Assembly: GCA_024638305.1 (NCBI GenBank)
Contig: JAHEKN010000001.1
Location: 5,542 to 69,541, forward strand
DNA: 64,000 nt
Direction of reading: 5' to 3'
Source: Gemmatimonadota bacterium
GTDB taxonomy: Bacteria; Gemmatimonadota; Gemmatimonadetes; Longimicrobiales; Gaopeijiaceae
Positions 58,860 through 64,000 of the stretch are shown here, piece after piece (the stretch's first letter is position 1; every line of letters begins with the position of its first letter). A program made the position numbers and the translations under genes. The notes beneath the pieces are model-generated. The model had not been told where the DNA came from. It did no database searches and saw nothing but the letters and a program-made list of their open reading frames with translations.

Positions 58860-60826
58860 GGAGCGCCCCGCGTACGCAACAGGACGGTGTCGCCCGGAAG
58901 GGACCATTGGCCCGCCGCCGGGTGAGTCCCGACGACCCGCGTCCCGCCGGGCCACACCACGTGGAGCCCGTACGCGTGCAGGCGACGAACGGCGACCCTG
59001 GACGGCAGTCCCCGCACGTCCGGCATACGGACGCCGCGCACGCCCGGCTCGAGCGGCGTCGCCGGAGCTGGTACCGGGAGCGCCGACCACGAGCCCTCCG
59101 GGTCGAGCGTGAGGGACGCGAACCGAACCGGCTGGGGCTCCGGCCGGCGCGCCTCCCGACGCGCGCCCGCCAGCGCGGCGCGGTCCAGATGACCGCGACT
59201 CGCCGCCAGGATGGCCTCCAGGGCCGCGCGCGTGACCGGCGCCGCCGTCGATCCGCCGTAGTACCGGCCCCTCGGCCGGTCGAGCCGGACGTAGAGAACG
59301 AGCTGCGGGTCGTCGGCCGGGAAGAACCCGGCGAACGACGCGAAGTAGTTCCCGGCCGTGTACCCTCCCGGTCCGTGGGCACGCGACGTCCCACTCTTGC
59401 CGGCGACCCGGAAGTCGGCCAGCCGGGCGGCGGTGCCCGTCCCACCTTCCACCACGCTCACCAGCACCTCGCGGATGCGGGCCGCCGTGGTCGGAGACAC
59501 CACCTGCCTCACCTCTCGCGGCGCGAAGCGCTCGACCGGGCGCCCGGTCGCGTCGCGAACTTCGCGGACGATCCTCGGCTCCATGAGAACGCCCCCGTTG
59601 GCGAGCGCGCCGTAGGCCATGGCCATCTGGATCGGGGTCACGCTGAGCTCGTAGCCGATGGCGAGCGATGCCGGCGACTGCGCCGACCAACGGTCCGGGT
59701 GGCGCAGGATTCCGCTCTGCTCACCCGGCAGGGGTAGCCCCGTGGCCAGGCCGAACCCGAAGTCACGCAGAGTCTCGTACTGCTCGAGGTGGTCGAACGC
59801 CTGGGCCGCCTTGGCCACGCCCACGTTGCTCGAGTACCGAAGCGCCTCGGCCACGGTGATCTTCCCGCGCGCGCTCACGTCCGTGATCGTGCGGCCGGCC
59901 ACGGTCCAGTGACCGGGCGCCGTGTCGATCGAGTCGCCCAGCTCGATCTTGCGACGCTCGAGCAGACCGGAGACGATGAACGGCTTGAGCGTCGAACCCG
60001 GCTCGTAGGGGGCGTTGATCGCCGCCAGCCCCGCGTGCGTCGAGTCGCGCAGCGAGACCATTGCGAGGATCTCTCCGGTGCCCGGCTCGACGATGAGGAT
60101 GTCGCCGCCCCGCGCCCCTGTGCTGTCGACGGCGTCGAGCAGCGCACCGTACGCGATCTCCTGCATGTCGCGGTCGATGGTCAAGACGACCTCGCCCCCG
60201 GATCGCGGCGCTTCGACCACCCAGGACTCGCCCGGGATCACGCGACCGGTCGCGTCCCGCGCCTGAATCTCCTTCCCGGAGGCGCCGTGCAGCACCGACT
60301 CGAACGCCTGCTCGATTCCCCCGGCCCCGTGTCCGTCCAGCACCACGCCGAGGAGGGCGGAGCCCAGAGCGCCGTTCGGATAGAAGCGACGGGAGAGTCG
60401 ATCGAAGTAGACTCCGCGGTTCCCCGCCAGCCGGCTCCTCACCGACGCCGGGTAGTCCCCGCGGAGCACGACCCACCGTCGCTCGGAGCGGACCGCCGCC
60501 GTCGCCGACGCGGTGGACACTCCCAGCACGTCGTTCAGGACTTCAACCGTGCGGTCGTGCTCGATGATCTCTCCCGGGGCCACGCTGACCTTCACGCGCT
60601 CCTGGCTCATGGCCAGCAGCACGCCATTTCGGTCGGTCACCGCACCACGGGGAGCCGGAACCTCCGTCGTCTGTTGGTGCTGGTTGTCCGCCAGGCCCTG
60701 CCAGGTGCCGCCTTGGAGCAGCTGCACCTGCGCCGCCCGTGCGAGGACCAGCGATGCCCCGACCAGCCAGGCCGCAAGTACGAGGCGGCGGCGAAGAACC
60801 GGGCGGCTCTTTCTGCGCGCCGTCAT
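58856..60826 (-). CDS. ftsI: Peptidoglycan D,D-transpeptidase FtsI (class B PBP) with one C-terminal PASTA-like domain
   Basis: ATG at 60826 (codon 150 of ORF 58856..61273). A TM anchor is followed by the SxxK motif GSTLKPF, then YSSNVG (SxN) and GKSGTS (KTG-like). The C-terminal segment MPDVRGLPSRVAVRRLHAYGLHVVWPGGTRVVGTHPAAGQWSLPGDTVLL resembles PASTA. Confidence 0.9.
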   Translation of the reverse strand: MTARRKSRPVLRRRLVLAAWLVGASLVLARAAQVQLLQGGTWQGLADNQHQQTTEVPAPRGAVTDRNGVLLAMSQERVKVSVAPGEIIEHDRTVEVLNDVLGVSTASATAAVRSERRWVVLRGDYPASVRSRLAGNRGVYFDRLSRRFYPNGALGSALLGVVLDGHGAGGIEQAFESVLHGASGKEIQARDATGRVIPGESWVVEAPRSGGEVVLTIDRDMQEIAYGALLDAVDSTGARGGDILIVEPGTGEILAMVSLRDSTHAGLAAINAPYEPGSTLKPFIVSGLLERRKIELGDSIDTAPGHWTVAGRTITDVSARGKITVAEALRYSSNVGVAKAAQAFDHLEQYETLRDFGFGLATGLPLPGEQSGILRHPDRWSAQSPASLAIGYELSVTPIQMAMAYGALANGGVLMEPRIVREVRDATGRPVERFAPREVRQVVSPTTAARIREVLVSVVEGGTGTAARLADFRVAGKSGTSRAHGPGGYTAGNYFASFAGFFPADDPQLVLYVRLDRPRGRYYGGSTAAPVTRAALEAILAASRGHLDRAALAGARREARRPEPQPVRFASLTLDPEGSWSALPVPAPATPLEPGVRGVRMPDVRGLPSRVAVRRLHAYGLHVVWPGGTRVVGTHPAAGQWSLPGDTVLLRTRGAP

Positions 60827-61107
60827 CGGTCGACCGCCGGGAACAGGACCACGTCGCTCGCGTCGGGGATGCGCAAACCGAGGCGTGCCCGCGCTTCGGT
60901 CACCACGTGCCGACGGCTCTCGAGGCGGCGAATCTCGTCCAGAAGCTCCGAGCGCTCTTCCGTTTCCAGCGCGAGCAGCTCGCGGACGCTCTCCCTCTCC
61001 GTCATCACGTCGCGTGCCCGACCCTGCCGCCAGGCCACCACGCTCAAGGCGGCGAAGATCGCCGCGACGCCGAGCGCGACGATCACGGTAGCCGAAGGCC
61101 GGATCAT
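60823..61107 (-). CDS. ftsL: Cell division protein FtsL
   Basis: About 94 aa. One TM (ATVIVALGVAAIFAALSVVAW), then a leucine-zipper-like coiled coil (ELLALETEERSELLDEIRRLE). Its position between rsmH and ftsI fits FtsL. ATGA overlaps at both ends. Confidence 0.75.
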   Translation of the reverse strand: MIRPSATVIVALGVAAIFAALSVVAWRQGRARDVMTERESVRELLALETEERSELLDEIRRLESRRHVVTEARARLGLRIPDASDVVLFPAVDR

Positions 61108-62033
61108 GCGGCCCTCCACGCGCGCAGTCGGGCGCTCCTGGCGCGGGGGTTGGCCTGCACTTCACCCTCGTCGGGGTAGACCGGGCGGCGAGTGAGCACG
61201 GTTCCCAGGGACCGGCCCCGGCATGCACACAGCGGGAGATCGGGCGGGCAGACACAGTCCCGGCTCCAATCACGAAAGGTCTGCTTCACCTCTCGATCCT
61301 CCAGCGAATGGTATGAGATGACCACGAACGTTCCACCGGAGACCAGGGCGTCCCGGATGGAGGTGAGGGCGTCACGCAGCGAGGTCGCCTCCCGGTTGAC
61401 CGCCATCCGCAGACCCTGAAATACGCGCGCCTTCTCCCGGGCCGAAGGCGCACGACCGAGGACGGCGGCGAGCGCTCCGACCAAGTCGTCGCTCGTGGCG
61501 AACGGCCGCTCTCCCCGCCGACGGCAAACGAGGCGCGCGAGCGCCCGACCGCGCGGCTCCTCGGCGAGATCGCGAAACACGTGCGCCAGCTCCCGCTCCG
61601 GCGCGCTGTTGAGCAACTCCGCCGCCGTTGGCGACTGGGGGTCTTCGGGATCCATCCGCATATCGAGCAACGCGCCTCGGCGGAACGTGAACCCCCGCTC
61701 CGGAGCGTCGATCTGCCGCGAGCTGACACCGAGATCCATCAACGCTGCACTCAGCGAGCCCGGCCCCAGCCCGGCTGCGCGCACGACGTGATCCGCGCGT
61801 GCGTGAAGCAACCTCACGCGGTCCCCGAACGGGGCTAGCGCCTCTCCTGCGGCCCTGAGCGCTTCCGGATCCATGTCGCTACCGAGCAGGCGGGACCGGG
61901 GGAAGCGCTCGAGAAGCTGGCGCGCGTGTCCGCCGCCGCCGACGGTCGCGTCGAGCACGATGCCGTCGGCGAGAGGCTCGAGGGCGCTCAACACGGCCTC
62001 CGTGAGCACAGGCAGATGGTAGGTGGGTGGCAC
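61104..62033 (-). CDS. rsmH: 16S rRNA (cytosine1402-N4)-methyltransferase
   Basis: YHLPVLTEAVLSAL...VLDATVGGGGHARQLL...DLGVSSRQID...ISYHSLEDR. GTG at 62033 (codon 38 of ORF 61104..62144) lies 7 nt after the mraZ stop. Confidence 0.9.
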   Translation of the reverse strand: MPPTYHLPVLTEAVLSALEPLADGIVLDATVGGGGHARQLLERFPRSRLLGSDMDPEALRAAGEALAPFGDRVRLLHARADHVVRAAGLGPGSLSAALMDLGVSSRQIDAPERGFTFRRGALLDMRMDPEDPQSPTAAELLNSAPERELAHVFRDLAEEPRGRALARLVCRRRGERPFATSDDLVGALAAVLGRAPSAREKARVFQGLRMAVNREATSLRDALTSIRDALVSGGTFVVISYHSLEDREVKQTFRDWSRDCVCPPDLPLCACRGRSLGTVLTRRPVYPDEGEVQANPRARSARLRAWRAA

Positions 62034-62040
62034 GGACGGA

Positions 62041-62472
62041 TCATCCGAAAATCTGATGGGCGAACTGTGCGAACTCGGGCCCGCCCGGACGCACCTGGTC
62101 GGTGAAGCTCTTTGGATTCCAGATCTCGATTCGATCCAGCGCACCCACCAGGAGGACCGACCCGTCGAGACCGGCGGCGTCGCGGAGGAAGCCGGGAATC
62201 AGGATGCGGTGCTGCTTGTCCGGCGTGACCTCGGATGCGCTCGATGCCAGCCAGAGGATGTGCTCATACTCCTCCGGGGCGGTGTGCCGGAACTCCAGGA
62301 GCCGGCGTTCGACGTTCTTCCAAGCGGGCTGCGGAAACAGGGTCAACGAAGGCGGGCGCCACTGGAGCAGGACGAACGACTCGCCTTCCGCCGCGCGGCG
62401 GAAGCCGGCCGGGAGGCCAACCCTCCCTTTGTCGTCCAGCTGATATTCGTAACGCCCGAGGAACCCACTCAC
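62041..62472 (-). CDS. mraZ: Transcriptional regulator MraZ
   Basis: VSGFLGRYEYQLDDKGRVGLPAGFR...DKQHRILIPGFLRDAAGL...VLLVGALDRIEIWNPKSF shows the two SpoVT/AbrB-like DxxGR repeats. GTG at 62472 matches the usual MraZ N-terminus. The track ORF extends to 62547. Confidence 0.88.
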   Translation of the reverse strand: MSGFLGRYEYQLDDKGRVGLPAGFRRAAEGESFVLLQWRPPSLTLFPQPAWKNVERRLLEFRHTAPEEYEHILWLASSASEVTPDKQHRILIPGFLRDAAGLDGSVLLVGALDRIEIWNPKSFTDQVRPGGPEFAQFAHQIFG

Positions 62473-62485
62473 AGCGATCGCGGTT

Positions 62486-62551
62486 GTGGGAGAACGTGGT
62501 AGCTTGTGGGACACAGTGGGGCAAGATAGAGATGCCGTGGGAGGCACGCAA
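62486..62551 (-). promoter_or_regulatory. dcw (mraZ) promoter with phased CCCAC repeat array, a candidate MraZ operator
   Basis: On the minus strand, TTGCGT (62551-62546), a 17-nt spacer and TATCTT (62528-62523) form a sigma70-like promoter. CCCAC/ACCAC pentamers lie at 62541-62537, 62520-62516, 62510-62506, 62500-62496 and 62490-62486. The last four are spaced exactly 10 bp apart and end 14 nt before the mraZ GTG. Confidence 0.55.
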
Positions 62552-62642
62552 CCCTACTGCTGACAAGGGGATCGGGGACCTCGCCAGGGAGCCCGGAACG
62601 GGTCCCGAAGGTGCCCCGAAGGTGTCAGAAACGACAAAGAAA

Positions 62643-62670
62643 ACGCCTCGGGGCCGAAGCCCCGAGGCGT
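62643..62670 (-). terminator. Rho-independent terminator downstream of the TPR protein gene
   Basis: On the minus strand: ACGCCTCGGGGC-TTCG-GCCCCGAGGCGT, a perfect 12-bp stem, followed by TTTTCTTTGTCGTTTC. Confidence 0.85.
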
Positions 62671-62726
62671 CTTCCGGAGAGGATGCCGGCTTAGGTGCCG
62701 CGCGGCGCGGCCCTACCGGTTACAAA

Positions 62727-63995
62727 CTACGATCCGCGCCGAATGATGGCGTCCTGGATCTCGAGATACTGGTTGGCAGCGTTCACGAGATTCTGGATCT
62801 GACCCGCGTTCACCGAGGTCTCGATCTCGGCATACCGCCGTGACCCCTGCAGCCGCCGGACCGCCTCCTCGAACATCGGCCTGGTGCGCTGCGCGGTCTG
62901 CAGCGTTTGCGGCTGCTGCATGGCCTCGCCCTGCTTGAGGAGCCCGTAACCGAGCCAGAACCCGACCTTGGTCTTGACGTCGTCTCCCTCGGCGAACCGA
63001 TCGGCATGCCGGAACATGGACACGGCCATGCCCCAGTTCTGCGGCCCCACGCCCTTCGTGTAGCCGCTGCCGAAGAAGATGTTGGCGATGTTGTCCGCCG
63101 ATTGCTCGCCCCGCGACACGGCATCCTGGAGCGCGGTCACGGCCTCGTCGGTGCGGTCGGCTTCGAGCAGCCACATGCCCTTGCGGGCCCTTACGTTGGC
63201 GTAGGCCGGGTCGATCTGGGTGACGCGGTCGAGCGCGGCGATGGCCTCCTCCAGCCGTCCCACCTTCTGGAGGACGTCGGCGTTGACCGACCACAACTGC
63301 GCCTCGTTGGGCCAGGTCCGGAGCGCTTCCTCCGCTGCACGCTGAGCCATCTCGAGCTCACCGAGCCTCTGGTACGCCGAGATCACGTTGCGGCGCTGAC
63401 TGACGTTCACTTGGTCGGCGCGGGCTGCGAAGACCCGGTCGTACGCCTCGATCGAGGCCCGATAGAGTGCCTTGCCCTCTTCCGTGACCGTGTTCCCGTT
63501 CTGCTGGAACATGCGCTCGGCGGCCGACATGGCGTATCCGGCCTTCTGCTGCCACAGGTCGATGTTGTCGGGCTCGAACTCGAGCCCTTCCTCGATCAGC
63601 ACCATCGCGCCGTACGAGTCTCCGGCCGTGGCCGCGTCGTACGCGATGTTCATGCGCACCTGGGCGTCCTGCGGGTTCAACTCCAAGAAGCGCTGGAAGT
63701 AGGACAGCGCCAGCTCCCCGCGGTCGGCACGGGCGGCTGCGACGCCCGCTGCCTTGAGACCGTTCTCGTGAATCGGATTCATCTCGAGGAGATGATCGAA
63801 CTCGCCGAGAGCTTCCTCCCAACGCTCCTGATTCACGTAGATCATCCCGCGCGTGTAGATCGACGAGAGTCCGGTCGGGTTGAGGTCGATCGCCTTGTTG
63901 CAGTTGTCGAGGGCGTTGTCCCACTGCTGGCTCTGCGCGTACTCGGCACAGAAGTGGGCGTGCCGCTGCTGCTGCACCAGGGTTTCGAAGGCCAC
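62727..63995 (-). CDS. Tetratricopeptide (TPR) repeat protein; N-terminus may extend beyond the window
   Basis: Repeated 34-aa TPR-like units (WDNALDNCNKAIDLNP, WEEALGEFDHLLEMNP, ALSYFQRFLELNPQD, EEAIAALDRVTQIDP). The track start at 63995 is a GTG only 5 nt from the window edge. Confidence 0.7.
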   Translation of the reverse strand: MAFETLVQQQRHAHFCAEYAQSQQWDNALDNCNKAIDLNPTGLSSIYTRGMIYVNQERWEEALGEFDHLLEMNPIHENGLKAAGVAAARADRGELALSYFQRFLELNPQDAQVRMNIAYDAATAGDSYGAMVLIEEGLEFEPDNIDLWQQKAGYAMSAAERMFQQNGNTVTEEGKALYRASIEAYDRVFAARADQVNVSQRRNVISAYQRLGELEMAQRAAEEALRTWPNEAQLWSVNADVLQKVGRLEEAIAALDRVTQIDPAYANVRARKGMWLLEADRTDEAVTALQDAVSRGEQSADNIANIFFGSGYTKGVGPQNWGMAVSMFRHADRFAEGDDVKTKVGFWLGYGLLKQGEAMQQPQTLQTAQRTRPMFEEAVRRLQGSRRYAEIETSVNAGQIQNLVNAANQYLEIQDAIIRRGS

Positions 63996-64000
63996 GAAGA

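Noticed and set aside
62604-62624. Two copies of CCCGAAGGTG 11 nt apart, between the TPR terminator and the mraZ promoter.
   Set aside because: It is only a 10-mer repeated twice in GC-rich DNA, and I know of no binding motif it matches. It is likely chance.

Overview
Very GC-rich chromosomal segment with strong GC3 bias and many spurious long antisense ORFs. It comes from a diderm bacterium, since it encodes a TonB-dependent receptor, beta-barrel outer membrane proteins (OMPs), lipoproteins and a LapA-like protein. The composition and gene set fit a Gemmatimonadota- or Acidobacteria-like lineage, but I cannot confirm this without a database search.

The window is almost entirely core housekeeping genes.
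- Left part (plus strand): panB (partial), an NFACT/RqcH-like protein, a HEAT-repeat plus HD-GYP gene pair, lexA, truA, a short transaldolase and a lipoprotein HtrA protease.
- Purine operon: purB-purC-[psd-pssA]-purS-purQ-purL-purF-add.
- Right part (minus strand): a TonB-dependent receptor, a 1044-aa repeat lipoprotein, fbp, comEC, miaB, mtaB, a lipoprotein/beta-barrel pair, alr, (mazG on plus), a 2-hydroxyacid dehydrogenase, asnS, recG, ftsY, a VWA-like membrane protein and an M23 peptidase.
- A complete dcw (division and cell wall) cluster follows on the minus strand: mraZ-rsmH-ftsL-ftsI-murE-murF-mraY-murD-ftsW-murG-murC-ftsQ-ftsA-ftsZ. A TPR protein lies at the right edge.

I found no tRNA or rRNA genes, CRISPR arrays, transposases, integrases, prophage genes or recognisable defence systems.

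Nothing here looks like a clear-cut novel system. The most defensible leads are:
- a phased CCCAC repeat array overlapping the mraZ promoter, a candidate MraZ operator;
- the translationally overlapped HEAT-repeat/HD-GYP pair, whose proteins share an uncharacterised N-terminal domain;
- two uncharacterised envelope modules (giant repeat lipoprotein plus TonB receptor, and an ATGA-coupled lipoprotein plus beta-barrel);
- an SD-preceded 49-codon ORF and a direct-repeat candidate SOS box around lexA;
- psd-pssA embedded by overlapping codons inside the purine operon.

All functional calls come from reading motifs in the translations. No searches were run.
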